Positions 10,635 through 21,962 of a stretch of DNA of 64,000 nucleotides are shown here, piece by piece; positions within the stretch are counted from its first letter, which is position 1; every line of letters begins with the position of its first letter. Both the position numbers and the translations under genes were made by a program. Origin of the DNA: an uncultured cyanobacterium (lineage in GTDB: Bacteria > Cyanobacteriota > Cyanobacteriia > Cyanobacteriales > Nostocaceae); the NCBI GenBank assembly GCA_963706595.1, contig OY970166.1, positions 288,001-352,000 of the forward strand, written 5' to 3'. Under the pieces are notes generated by a model, which was given only the letters and a program-made list of their open reading frames with translations, had not been told where the DNA came from and did no database searches.

Positions 10635-12396
10635 GTGCTGTATTTAGCAGAAGTACAAAAACAGAAAGGCGGCTTACTCGGTGGTGGAGCTAAAACCGAA
10701 CTGAAACTGCTAGCGTGTCAGCGAACCGACCAGAATTGGAGTACTGTGTCGGAAGAAGCAATTAGCGCTGAGGACGCTAGTAAATTAAATGATGGCGCAC
10801 TAGGTACTAGTGGAAATGAATCCGAATCGTCAAGTGCAGAGGATTCAAGAGGCTGGAAGGCCATTGGTCAACATTTTGCAAAATTTTTCCCGTCAGTTGG
10901 AAAAATTTAAGCTCAAGGAAGATGAAATTGATCAGTGGAAAGAGTCACTAACGTTTCAGGCGCAGGAGATGAATCGCCGTGAAATGGATATGGAGGCTCG
11001 CTTAGAACATTTACAAGAAATGGAGTCAGAGTTTCAGCGTCTGGAGTCACAGCAACAAGAAGTTGAGACTAACCGCGAGCAGATTTCACAGTTACAGGCA
11101 GAAGTTGAACGTAACCGTCAGGAACTAGAAGGAGCTTGGGAACATTTGCGAGGCGAGCAACGCCGCCTAGAGGAGTTTCAAGCAGATTCCCTCCAGGGAA
11201 AGGTTGTAGATGCGGAGCAAAGTCGGGTGATGAGCGAGTTACTGGAGCGCTTGTCTAATAGAGTTGCATCCACGGAAACTGTTAGGGAACACCTAAATCT
11301 AGCTTTGCAACTAGTCGAAAGCCAGCAAGCTATTTTAAATCCACATTGGGAAAAACTAGAGCAGCAAAGAACTGTAGCGGCTCAACAGCAAGAACAAATT
11401 GATCAATTATCGCAAAGTTTAAGCGATCGCCAAAACGCATGGCAACAAGCACGCGATTTTTTGGAACAGCAAAAAGCTCAATTAAAAGTGAACACTGCAA
11501 CTCTTGCCAGCAAGCAATATTATGTTCAAATAATCCAGGAACAGTTACAACAACAGGATCTGTTACATCAACAAATTCGCTCTTTGGCCGCAACTTCTGG
11601 TGATGCTGGTCTGAGCCAGCAAGTTGATGTAGAAGCTTTGGAACGCATGTCTTTAGACGAACTCACAAAAGTCATCCAAGACTTGAATTATAAATTGGAA
11701 ATGGATTCTAGCTTTGTTCATGATCAGGAGCAAGAACTGACATACAAGCAGGAAACCATAGACCAACTGCAAAATCAGATTCAGGAAGCAGCCGAGAAAG
11801 ATCAAGTCAATTTGGAAACGGAACTGGCGGATGAAAAAGACCTATATCAGATGTTAAACGAAACTTTGGTAGGGCAACGCCGGAATTTGCTACAACGGCA
11901 GAAGTTGATTAAGCAACATGAAAATGTCCTTTTGCGACGACAAGGGCAGACTGTTACTCAGATTGAAGAAGGTAATCAAATAGATTTTGCGCCGATATTA
12001 TTACAGATGAAAACCCAGCGACAACAACAGTCGCAAGAACTACAAAAGTTGGAATATGACATCGAGCAGATACGCGCTGCTATTGAGATGGATCAAGGAA
12101 TGATTGACAATCAAACCCAAGAGCAAAATGAAAAGCAGCAAGAATCCCAGGAAATAGAAACAAATTTGCTATCGCTGCGACTAGCAACCTCTGAATGTTG
12201 GGGTCGTGTGAATCTTTATCAAGAGGCTTTACAACCCATTCAGGATTATCTCGACGGATTACGACATAAGCTGCAAGAAACTTCCGAGTCTTTGGCTCAA
12301 GTGGAAGAAACTGGTGAGCATCAACTCCAGACGATTAATGAAATGCGCCACACTCTCCAAAGTTTGGTGTCTCAGCCAGAGTTGTTAGCTTCTTAG
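10635..12396 (+). CDS. hmpF: Coiled-coil pilus motility protein HmpF, +1 frameshift near 10803
   Basis: MLYLAEVQKQKGG..LKLLACQR N-terminus (ORF 10635) joins ORF 10810-12396 if one G is removed from CTAGGTACTAGTG (DGALVLVEMN). Confidence 0.88.
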
Positions 12397-13416
12397 ACAG
12401 ATCCAATCGCCTTGGACTTGGGCGATCGCACCACCAGGAAATGGATCAGTTTGTGAACGGTTTGGTGCTATAATTAATGCCGTCAATTTTTCGATGTGTT
12501 CAAAACTCGGTGCGTCAGTTAGTATCTGTTGTAATATTTGCCTCATGACGCGACGTTGTAGCGCTAAAGGTGCTTTTTGTAATACCCGACGATTTAACCT
12601 CAATGCAGCCCAATTTACTTCGGTCTCAGCGATGAATCTTTCAGACTCAGACGCGATGAATCGCGTCTCTACAAGTTCTGTCGCTGTTTCCCTCAATTCT
12701 TGGGCGGCTTGCTCTAAATATTCCACTTCGGCTTGCAGTAGTTCTGCTGTTTGGGCTAAGGCGGATTCTACTTTGGGGTTGAAATTTGTTTGTAAATATG
12801 GGATTAACTCTTGGCGAATCCGGTTGCGGGCATATTTGACATCTTGATTGGTGGAATCTTCCCAAATTGGGAGATTAAATTCTTGACAAAATTGCTTTGT
12901 TTGTGGGCGAGTAATTTCTAAAAGCGGACGCACTAAAAAAATATCCGCAGTTAGTGGCCTTTGCCAAGTTAATGCTTGTAACCCATCAGCACCAGTACCA
13001 CGCATTAAGTTGTAAAGCAAAGTTTCAGCGCGATCGCTGGCTGTATGTCCTGTGACTATATACTGATAATTATTTACTTGAGCGATCGCACTCAAAGCTG
13101 CATACCGCCAATTACGTGCCGCCGCTTCACTATTTAAAGGTTGTGTTGCTGTTTCTAAATAAAAAGATACACCCCAACTTTGAGCTAATTTTTCCACATA
13201 ATCAGCATTAGCTTCAGAATCAGTACGCCAACGATGATCACAATGAGCGATACCTAAATCCCATTGCCATTTAGGTTGTAAATCTAACAGCAATTTAATT
13301 AAACACAAAGAATCTTGACCACCAGAAACAGCGACTAATAGCCTTTGCTGACGCTCAAATAAGTGGCGCGAGCGCATGGTACGATGTATTTTTGCGTGTA
13401 AGGCAGTCCATACCAT
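12385..13416 (-). CDS. tilS: tRNA(Ile)-lysidine synthetase
   Basis: AVSGGQDS PP-loop, EAAARNWRY, TGHTASDRAET, WEDSTN, ARNRIR. Confidence 0.96.
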   Translation of the reverse strand: MVWTALHAKIHRTMRSRHLFERQQRLLVAVSGGQDSLCLIKLLLDLQPKWQWDLGIAHCDHRWRTDSEANADYVEKLAQSWGVSFYLETATQPLNSEAAARNWRYAALSAIAQVNNYQYIVTGHTASDRAETLLYNLMRGTGADGLQALTWQRPLTADIFLVRPLLEITRPQTKQFCQEFNLPIWEDSTNQDVKYARNRIRQELIPYLQTNFNPKVESALAQTAELLQAEVEYLEQAAQELRETATELVETRFIASESERFIAETEVNWAALRLNRRVLQKAPLALQRRVMRQILQQILTDAPSFEHIEKLTALIIAPNRSQTDPFPGGAIAQVQGDWICLRS

Positions 13417-13459
13417 TTTTGTTAATTAACCGCATACAAAACCAGATATTTTTTATTAT

Positions 13460-13774
13460 CTATGATTGGCTTTGCATTTTTTCAAGTTGTTGATAAATTT
13501 CCTCCAAGGGAAATTCTGGCTCATCAGGACAAAATTCTAAAGAAAGTCTCACTTTTCCTTTCGTCCAGCCCTCGGCACTAAATTTTAAAACTTCACAATC
13601 TAATCCTTGGCTATACAAACTTTCTTCAGTTGTCCCTTCTGCTCCCAGATATTGTTTAATTGCTGAAATCAAATCATGAACTTTAAATGTGCCTGAAACA
13701 TCTAAATTATTAAAAATATCTGGTTCCACATACACAACTTCATCATGATTTAGTCGCTCAAATCCATTTTCCAT
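13460..13774 (-). CDS. KGK domain protein
   Basis: GLDCEVLK..GWTKGKVRLSLEFCPDEPE motif. Confidence 0.9.
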   Translation of the reverse strand: MENGFERLNHDEVVYVEPDIFNNLDVSGTFKVHDLISAIKQYLGAEGTTEESLYSQGLDCEVLKFSAEGWTKGKVRLSLEFCPDEPEFPLEEIYQQLEKMQSQS

Positions 13775-14184
13775 ATATATCTCCTCTCACTACGTCTATA
13801 GTTGCCATAGAGATAAAAGTTAAGCTCAAATAGAATAATAGTGAATTAGAATAGATGCTTGCTAATTAAATGTATTTTTCAACACATTCACGCTATAAAA
13901 TGTGGCGTTTCTCAGAGCTTAACTCACCCTAAATATGCAATGATTATATTTTATCCACATTCTTTGATTATGCAAATTATCCGTTAAATTAAAATTAACA
14001 ATAACTTATCAATAGTTAGGCATACCAAGGGCTAAAGATTATACACTTGCTCAATATGAATTGTATTTTATGTAAAAATTAGTATCATATTTTACGAAAT
14101 TTATAGAAAATATCTCAACTTAGCCCCCTTTCCTGGTAAATAGCAGATTTGGGGGTTAGGTGTTTGTAATTTTGTCCGGGTAAA

Positions 14185-14493
14185 CTAATTTTCAAATTGT
14201 TTAAGTTGCTGACGGATATCATCTAATCCAGATTCTGGTTCATCAGGACAAAATTCTAAAGAGAGTCGAATTTTTCCTGTTTGCCATTTCATAGCACCTA
14301 ATTTCAAAACTTCACAATTTAATCCACTACCATACAAAGGTGCTTCATTTGTGTTATCAGCTTCGACACATTCCATAAGAGCTTTCAGTAAATCACTGAC
14401 TTTAAAAGTTCGAGCAACGTCTAAATTATTAAAAGTATCTGGTTTTACCGAGACAACTTCATTATGATTGAGATGTTCAAATGTATTTCCCAT
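14185..14493 (-). CDS. KGK domain protein (paralog)
   Basis: GLNCEVLK..WQTGKIRLSLEFCPDEPE motif. Confidence 0.9.
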   Translation of the reverse strand: MGNTFEHLNHNEVVSVKPDTFNNLDVARTFKVSDLLKALMECVEADNTNEAPLYGSGLNCEVLKLGAMKWQTGKIRLSLEFCPDEPESGLDDIRQQLKQFEN

Positions 14494-14718
14494 ATATATT
14501 TATTTCCTGTAACTCAACTTATAATTCCCAAAAAATATTAATAAATTTACATTGATGTTTTCCCCTCCTGGCTTGCTCTACCGTGTACACACAAATAATT
14601 AAATGACTTCTAATCCTTGTGTGTCGTGTGTAGGGTGTGTTGTCGCGTAGCGCAACGCACCATCTTCAATTCTCTTGTTCCCCTCCTCGCTGGCGGGGAG
14701 GGGCTAGGGGTGGGGTGA

Positions 14719-15777
14719 TTAGAAAAACCAACCGTAAGAATGCAAACCTTTACCCAAAAGATTTACACCCAGATAGCAAACCCAAACGACAACAAAGCCA
14801 CTGGCGGCTAAAATTGCAGGGCGACGACCTTGCCAACCGCGAGTAATTCGGGCGTGGAGATAGGCTGCAAAAACTAACCAAGTAATTAACGCCCAGGTTT
14901 CTTTCGGGTCCCAACTCCAGTAAGAACCCCAAGCTTCATTCGCCCAAACTGCACCAGCAATAATGCCAATAGTAATCAGGGGAAATCCTAGTCCAATGAC
15001 GCGATAACTGATATTGTCGAGGGTTTCAGCTAGGCTCAGGCGCTGTGGAGAAAGTAGCTCTTCGGCAGTTACTACAGTGGGTAACTCAGTAGCTGTGACT
15101 AAATTTAAAACAGCAGTATTACCCTTACCATTGTTATTACTTTCAACGCGAGAAAAGCCATTATTTTCAAATGGGGGTGTGGCTGGTTGAGAAATTAGCT
15201 CCCCGGCTTTATGTAAGCGGTAGCCGTTACTGCGATAACCGCCAGTACCCACAGAACTGCCTTGGAGTTGGATGTTTTGACCACGAGTGACAATTAAAAA
15301 GGCGATCGCTAGTAATGATCCCACCATCAAAGCGGCGTAACTCAACATCATTACACTAACGTGCATCATCAGCCAATTAGACTTCAGCGCAGGTACTAAG
15401 GGTTCTGCTGATTGCATTTCTGATGGCAGAGTGAGAGCAGCAAAAGCAGTAATCCCCATTGCTACAGGCGCGGTAACAACTCCTACTAAACGGCTACGGC
15501 TAGTGTTCTCAGCAAACAGATGTACAGCCGTAATTCCCCAAACTAGGAAAAATAGAGATTCATAGAGATTACTCAGGGGAAAATAACCAGCTTCGATCCA
15601 TCGCGCCCCTAATAAGGTAGCTATGCACAAATTGGCGATCGCCATTCCCGCAGTTCCCAAAGTCCCCAGTGTCGGTAGATTGGGAAAAGCTGCCCCGCCC
15701 CAATACACCAACATTGTGAGAAATAATACAGCAAACGTGGCATTGTCCAGCCAGTTCTGGAGTTCAACCAGATTCAT
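14719..15777 (-). CDS. ccsA: Cytochrome c biogenesis protein CcsA (CcsB in some nomenclature)
   Basis: [21 protein letters not shown] motif; GKGLHSYG. Confidence 0.96.
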   Translation of the reverse strand: MNLVELQNWLDNATFAVLFLTMLVYWGGAAFPNLPTLGTLGTAGMAIANLCIATLLGARWIEAGYFPLSNLYESLFFLVWGITAVHLFAENTSRSRLVGVVTAPVAMGITAFAALTLPSEMQSAEPLVPALKSNWLMMHVSVMMLSYAALMVGSLLAIAFLIVTRGQNIQLQGSSVGTGGYRSNGYRLHKAGELISQPATPPFENNGFSRVESNNNGKGNTAVLNLVTATELPTVVTAEELLSPQRLSLAETLDNISYRVIGLGFPLITIGIIAGAVWANEAWGSYWSWDPKETWALITWLVFAAYLHARITRGWQGRRPAILAASGFVVVWVCYLGVNLLGKGLHSYGWFF

Positions 15778-15878
15778 AAAGTGTTCTCCCCAGTCGATTC
15801 GTTAAAATACTGATTCTGACTGTTCTGATCCTATCCGTTTACAGACTCATAACACACAGTTTTTAGACTTTCTTTCTT

Positions 15879-15976
15879 GTAGAGACGCGATTTATCGCGT
15901 CTCTGATTTACCGCGTCTCATTAGGATTTATCGCGTCTCATTAGAATTTATCGCGTCTTAAATTTATCGCGTCTCA
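15879..15976 (+). repeat. GTAG-REP-like palindrome GTAGAGACGCGATTTATCGCGTCT followed by tandem half-units
   Basis: Same unit at 12649-12672, 21458-21481, 23483-23522. Confidence 0.85.
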
Positions 15977-17721
15977 GCACTCATATCTGAACTAGGAGAA
16001 ATGGCTGAAGTATCCTCTTTTTTCAGGACTATAAAAATGTCATAGCGAGTACTGCGATTATCGCTAACAGCAGATGTCACCCCAATTGAGCTTGTAGCAT
16101 CTAGAAAAATTTGTTGATTAGGAAATAAAGTATTAGAGTAAAGTTTTTCACAGCCACTTCCATATCCAAGAAAAATTGACCATTTGTCGGATTGGGTTCT
16201 GTGGGAACAGTTTGTTGAAATGGCGACGTATTAGCTAAAGTCTGATCAGGTTTAGGGACAATTTTATCTGTGATGGGAGCGCCCACGACCAAAAAAGCAA
16301 TATCATCATCTAACCAACCACGGCTGGCGGTTAAGGTGTCAAAAGGTGTAATCCAGTTAACAACCGGTTGACCTGCAACTGTACTTGGTTGAATCTGGAA
16401 CTGATATTGGGTTTTCATCACCTCATCCAGCTTTTTCAAAGATGCTTCAGCCGAATCACGTAGGCTTTGCCCGTTAGAAACATCCTTTGCTTGTACCATG
16501 AATAACAAACCTGCTCGGAAATCCTGAGAATCATCATCATTTGAGCTATTGGGAATTACAGACACAGAAAACTCACCCTGCATCCAACTGAGAAAATCTT
16601 TATCTAAATCCATCTCGGTGAGTGACTTGACACCACCTCGTAACTGTTCTGGTGAGATGGGCGAGAGAGGATTCTTTTGTGATGTTAAAACGTAATCTTC
16701 CCAAAACCGTTGTAAGTTTCCCCCAGAAAGCATCATTAAGGTTTCAGCTGGTACACGGTTTTGCATTGTCCCGGCTTTGTTTTCCACTTTCAGCACACGC
16801 TGACTATTGGGATTAAGCCAGGAAATGCCCTTGAAGCGGATTCCTTCCGGTTCCAAGGTCATAGAGCCTGCTAAACCTTGGTTATTTTGCAATTGAGCTA
16901 AAACCTGAGCAGGTAAAGCCCGATTGGGAGCCGCAGCAGCTATTTTGGCAGCTATGGGTACATTTAAATAAAACTGAGCAAAGGGGCGAGAACTGGAGAT
17001 TTTGGGAAAATTCTCCCCAAAGCCTCCGACTGTTGCCAGGGACGCTTTACCTTGATATGCATCAATTGCTTGTTCTGTGGCTTGGGGATGGTCAGTAATC
17101 ACTAAAAACCGTTCATCTAGTAATGCGGCTGAAAGCTTTTCCCCTGATTCACCATCAGTTTGTTTAATGGTGATTCCTTGATAAGTGCGCTCAATCCATT
17201 TACCTTGTTTGAGGGTTTTGGGTGCAGACAAAATGCTTTTAGCTGCTTCTAGGTTGTTAATGGGTAATACCATGACCATCGACTGTTGAGCGCTAGCAGC
17301 ATCTTTATCGTTGTCCACTGGTTTGAGTGCAGGTTGAGTCGGTGGGGATAAAATCGCTAAGGTGACTTCATCGCCTACCCAAGGAGCGATATCTTTCTCG
17401 AAGTTATAACCATTATTAGTCAGAAAGCGATCGCGCAACTGGACTAAATTTTTATTTATTTCGGCTTGGGTTTCTGTTGTTCCCAATTCTTGCAATTTTT
17501 GCCATTGTTTGGGATCTGTGGTTAAAGAAACCGTCAACAGCGCATCTTGAGGGATAATATTTACACCTACTGGCAAGCCTCTAGAAGATGTTTGCCTCTG
17601 AGTTAAAAACCAGTATGCCGCACTCCCCAGCACCAATCAATAATCCAGCAGCCAATAATGTCAGCAGCAGAGAGGGTTTCTTTGTTTTCTTTTTTATAAC
17701 AGACACAACAGGCAGAGCCAT
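15964..17721 (-). CDS. DUF3352 family protein, two apparent frameshifts (near 17627 and 16135)
   Basis: ORF 16101-17636 extends upstream to MALPVVSVIKKKTKK + TM and downstream to ..SIGVTSAVSDNRSTRYDIFIVLKK in shifted frames; DIAPWVGDEVTLA motif. Confidence 0.75.
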
Positions 17722-18051
17722 CTAAACCAATACCTCATCCTTTGTTAAATTGAGCAGACAAGTTTTCTGGGATAGTTACTTTACGAATAAATTCCTTCAA
17801 TATACATCCACGACTCCCAGCACTTTGAGAGTATAACTAACTTTAAAAACCTGCAAGCCATGACCGAAAGAGGCAGGGGAGCAGGGAGCAGGGAGCAAGG
17901 GGGAGTTAAGACGCAGGGGAGTGAGGAGCAGGGAGCAAGGGGGAGTAATAAATTACTTTAAACTTCCGGTTACTTAACAACCATTCCTCTTCTTTGACGA
18001 TGGTAGTTTTTGCACTCTACTGACACGATTTTTAGGTGTTGTTGTCTTTAA

Positions 18052-18696
18052 CTAAGACTCAGTAGCTTGATCTTTTCCATTAGCGGAAGTCAACTTTGTA
18101 GCACCCAAATATTTAGTTAAATAAGGCGAAAAAACTTCATATATTAAAGTTAAAGGCTTTCCATGATGCCAAAACAAGTAATGACGACCCCAAAAAGGTC
18201 CAGACACCTCAAAACCTGACTCTAGTGCATCTGAGTAGCCGTAATAAATTCCTTGAATATCCCGATATAACTCTGTACGAATACGAGCTAAACTCGCCCA
18301 AATTGGTAATGACCGATTTTGCAAAAATTCATCTACATGACTAGCTTCCCACCATGACGTGGCGTAACCTAATCGCTGTCCTGAAGCAGTACGTAACCAT
18401 ACCTGTCGCCGCAGTCGTGGCCCTGGTACAGCTTGAATTAAGTCGGGGGCATGATCTGAGTTCATGCCAATCAAAGACATATCAATTACATCTACTTCGG
18501 TTGGTTCACCCGTGAGTAATTGTAAATGCCTTGTGGGCGAGCCGTCACCTAAAAGTAACAATTGCCACGGTGGTGCTAGCTGTGAGTGAGGCAAACTTTT
18601 TTGGATAACTTCCTCCCCACCTTGCCAAATCGGAGCGAGGCGATGCCATGCTGTTGGCAATGTTGAATTGTTTGTGCCTGTAAAAGTTGCAGTCAA
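18052..18696 (-). CDS. Chorismate lyase-like protein (DUF98/Ycf21)
   Basis: WQLLLLGDGSPTRHL, RRQVWL, WGRHYLF..LTLIYEVFSP. Confidence 0.9.
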   Translation of the reverse strand: MTATFTGTNNSTLPTAWHRLAPIWQGGEEVIQKSLPHSQLAPPWQLLLLGDGSPTRHLQLLTGEPTEVDVIDMSLIGMNSDHAPDLIQAVPGPRLRRQVWLRTASGQRLGYATSWWEASHVDEFLQNRSLPIWASLARIRTELYRDIQGIYYGYSDALESGFEVSGPFWGRHYLFWHHGKPLTLIYEVFSPYLTKYLGATKLTSANGKDQATES

Positions 18697-18845
18697 TGTT
18701 CTTTACAAAAGTTCACCTATTTATATCAAAGCACAAAAATTTTGCTTTGATTAGCAAGTTGAAAAGTATAGAGATAACTTTTGACCCATAAATTGTAAAA
18801 GGACGCATCGCTGCGTCCTTTCCACTCAAAATAAGCACATAAAAA

Positions 18846-18926
18846 TGCGGATGGCGAGACTCGAACTCGCAAGGCAAAGCCACACGCACCTCAAGCGTGC
18901 GCGTATACCAATTCCGCCACATCCGC
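18846..18926 (-). tRNA. trnL: tRNA-Leu(GAG)
   Basis: GCGGATGTGGCGGAATTGGTATACGCG-CACGC TT GAG GT GCGTG-long variable arm-GCGAGTTCGAGTCTCGC-CATCCGCA. Confidence 0.97.
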
Positions 18927-19483
18927 GCTGATTGTCCAGAAATAAAGCATAGCACAAAAAAATAAAAATAGTGAGCAAATACTGAGATTTAGCAAAAAAT
19001 CCTAAAAATTTAAGTGGAAGTGCAAACAAATCCTTGAAATAAGGATATATTACCGACAAAAATCTAGTGGCTTTACAAGTCAAATGCAAACCACCCTCAA
19101 AAAAGCCTAATTCGGCAAACTGGCTCCAGACTAGCAGATGCAATATTGTTAATCTAGTTAAGATCCGTCATTGCCGGAGGCAGGGGAGCAGGGAGCAGGG
19201 GGCAGGGGAGAGACTAGGATAAAGCTTGTACTCCAACCCCAGATTAAGCATCCTAGAAGCGATGCACTGAGCAGTTCGGTAAGTGGACGGCGCTTGATAC
19301 CCCAGATCCCAGTCGCCTTCCCCCTGCTTCTTCGGTCAAGGCACCAAAGCCAAATCCTCTCTAAACTCTGCTCAGAATAAGGCTAGAAAAACTCCTGTGA
19401 TAATTTGAGATAAAGCGAAAGCATTGTGGCAAATGGGATGAGAGACAATAACTATCTACTGGTACTAATATCAAAGCTAAAAA

Positions 19484-20827
19484 ATGAAGTTTGACAAAAT
19501 ATTAATTGCCAATCGGGGAGAAATCGCCCTTCGCATTCTCCGAGCCTGTGAAGAAATGGGCATTGCGACCGTTGCGGTTCACTCCACCGTTGACCGGAAT
19601 GCTCTCCACGTCCAACTTGCCGATGAAGCCGTTTGCATTGGCGAGCCTGCTAGCAGTAAAAGTTATTTGAATATTCCTAATATTATTGCTGCTGCTTTAA
19701 CTCGTAACGCCACCGCCATTCATCCTGGTTATGGATTTTTATCAGAAAATGCCCGATTTGCCGAAATCTGTGCCGACCATCATATTGCCTTTATTGGTCC
19801 CACACCCGAAGCTATCCGGCTGATGGGGGATAAATCCACAGCCAAAGAAACGATGCAAAAAGCTTTGGTTCCCACAGTACCCGGTAGTGATGGCTTGGTA
19901 GAATCCGAACAAGAAGGATTATTAATCGCCAAGGATATGGATTATCCGGTGATGATTAAAGCCACAGCTGGCGGCGGCGGCAGGGGAATGCGTTTAGTGC
20001 GTTCTGAAAGCGAATTTGTGAAACTTTTCTTAGCAGCCCAAGGTGAAGCGGGAGCAGCCTTTGGCAATTCTGGCGTTTATGTAGAAAAATTTATTGAACG
20101 TCCCCGCCATATTGAATTTCAAATTTTGGCTGATAATTACGGTAACGTGATCCACTTGGGTGAACGGGACTGCTCAATTCAGCGCCGCAACCAAAAGTTA
20201 CTAGAAGAAGCACCTAGTCCGGCACTTGACCCAGAACTACGGGAGAAAATGGGACAAGCTGCTGTGAGAGCGGCTCAGTTTATTAACTTTACTGGGGCTG
20301 GGACAGTGGAGTTTCTGCTCGATATGTCTGGTAAGTTCTATTTTATGGAAATGAACACCAGGATTCAAGTTGAGCATCCGGTGACAGAGATGGTTACGGG
20401 AATAGATTTAGTTGTAGAACAAATCCGTATTGCCCAAGGGGAAAGACTGAAGATTACCCAGGATCAAGTAGTCTTGCGGGGTCATGCTATCGAATGCCGG
20501 ATTAATGCTGAAGACCCCGACCATGATTTTCGACCCGCACCAGGACGTATTAGTGGCTATCTTCCCCCTGGTGGACCTGGTGTCCGCATTGATTCCCATG
20601 TTTACACCGATTACCAAATCCCCCCTTATTATGATTCCCTGATTGGTAAATTAATTGTTTGGGGACCAGACCGCGCCACTGCAATTAACCGCATGAAACG
20701 CGCACTGCGAGAGTGTGCTATTACTGGACTTCCTACTACCATTGGATTTCACCAAAAAATTATGGAAAACCCCCAATTTTTAAAAGGTAATGTCTACACC
20801 AATTTTGTGCAGGAAATGAAACTTTAG
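19484..20827 (+). CDS. accC: Acetyl-CoA carboxylase biotin carboxylase subunit
   Basis: [38 protein letters not shown]. Confidence 0.98.
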   Translation: MKFDKILIANRGEIALRILRACEEMGIATVAVHSTVDRNALHVQLADEAVCIGEPASSKSYLNIPNIIAAALTRNATAIHPGYGFLSENARFAEICADHHIAFIGPTPEAIRLMGDKSTAKETMQKALVPTVPGSDGLVESEQEGLLIAKDMDYPVMIKATAGGGGRGMRLVRSESEFVKLFLAAQGEAGAAFGNSGVYVEKFIERPRHIEFQILADNYGNVIHLGERDCSIQRRNQKLLEEAPSPALDPELREKMGQAAVRAAQFINFTGAGTVEFLLDMSGKFYFMEMNTRIQVEHPVTEMVTGIDLVVEQIRIAQGERLKITQDQVVLRGHAIECRINAEDPDHDFRPAPGRISGYLPPGGPGVRIDSHVYTDYQIPPYYDSLIGKLIVWGPDRATAINRMKRALRECAITGLPTTIGFHQKIMENPQFLKGNVYTNFVQEMKL

Positions 20828-21040
20828 GGAGTAAGGAGTGGGGAGTTACTTCGACTACGCTCAGTAACCGGGGGAGTGGGGAGTAGGGAGTGGGGAGTAG
20901 GGAGTGGGGAGTAGGAAGTGGGGAATGTGGGAATTGGGGAATGTGGGATATAAGCCCACCTCTTCCCCCCTGCACCCGTTCGGCTACGCTCACGGCAAGC
21001 CTGCACCCTGCTCCCCTGCACCCTGCTCCCCTGCTTCTTC
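20826..21040. repeat. STRR heptamer tract (GGGGAGT) plus composite GCAGGG element and nested small palindromic repeats
   Basis: Direct reading; between convergent accC and yggT. Confidence 0.85.
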
Positions 21041-21047
21041 CATTTCT

Positions 21048-21341
21048 CTAATTCAAACGACTGATCATGGTGAGTAGTCCTTGCTGACCAAGGAGAATTT
21101 CTCTGATCAGGCTGAAAATGCCCACCCAAATAATGGGGGTAATATCTACCCCTCCTATGGGTTGTACTAGCTTTCGCATCGGCACTAAAAAGGGTTCAGT
21201 CGGCCAAGCTATGAGGTTAAAGGGCAAACGATTCAGGTCTACTTGTGGATACCAAGTCAGAATTATGCGGAAAATAAACAAAAATATCATCAGTCCCAAC
21301 GCAGGGCCGAGAATCCAGACAGTCAGGTTAACACCAGTCAT
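21048..21341 (-). CDS. YggT/YlmG family membrane protein
   Basis: RIILTWYP..TEPFL.P.RKLVQPIGGVDITPII. Confidence 0.92.
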   Translation of the reverse strand: MTGVNLTVWILGPALGLMIFLFIFRIILTWYPQVDLNRLPFNLIAWPTEPFLVPMRKLVQPIGGVDITPIIWVGIFSLIREILLGQQGLLTMISRLN

Positions 21342-21550
21342 CGGTTTGAGCTACTATTTGTGAACTTAGAAAGAATTTAGGCGATCGCCAGCAAATTGGC
21401 AGCTTTTTTAAATCTTCTTTCTTTCATTTTAACCAATTGAACCAACCACACCTTCTTGTAGAGACGCGATTCATCGCGTCTTCTTATTGCATTTTTTGCG
21501 AGACACCATATTAGAATTATGATGAAGTGTGTAAAAAAAGGTTTAGAAAT

Positions 21551-21670
21551 ATGACCCCTTCATTAGCAAATTTTCTTTGGAGTCTACTCTGGGGTGGTTT
21601 GATTGTAGTCGTCCCCGCTACAGTTGGGCTGATTTTCATTAGCCAAAAAGATAAAATCCAGCGTTTATAA
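21551..21670 (+). CDS. psbX: Photosystem II protein X
   Basis: Manual translation (39 aa, below track cutoff): [39 protein letters not shown]. Confidence 0.96.
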   Translation: MTPSLANFLWSLLWGGLIVVVPATVGLIFISQKDKIQRL

Positions 21671-21962
21671 TGCTTTTGAGAGTCCAAAGGACTCTCATTT
21701 CTCACCGATTGTCTGTCAGCTATTTTAGTTAAAACTGATTTAAAGTAGTTTATCTAATTGCACTAAATGCAGAAAGTCCTCCCACTGAGGACAAGGTATA
21801 CTTAGTTGACAGACATCGGCTTTTCTGCTGGCGGTGAATAGCTTGAGAAGCTCTCTTTACCAAAGGCTTTACAGCTTAAATATATTGTGCATATTGTCTC
21901 TGATTAGAGTAGTGATTTTAATTCTGACTCGCTAACATAGATTTGATATTTGGAAAAGAACA

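Noticed and set aside
18713..19143. ORFs overlapping tRNA-Leu
   Set aside because: Explained by the tRNA gene; no protein features
20760..21129. Low-complexity ORFs over STRR/GCAGGG tracts (also 34850-35159, 47973-48191, 52239-52469, 52936-53153)
   Set aside because: Translations of repeats lacking stop codons
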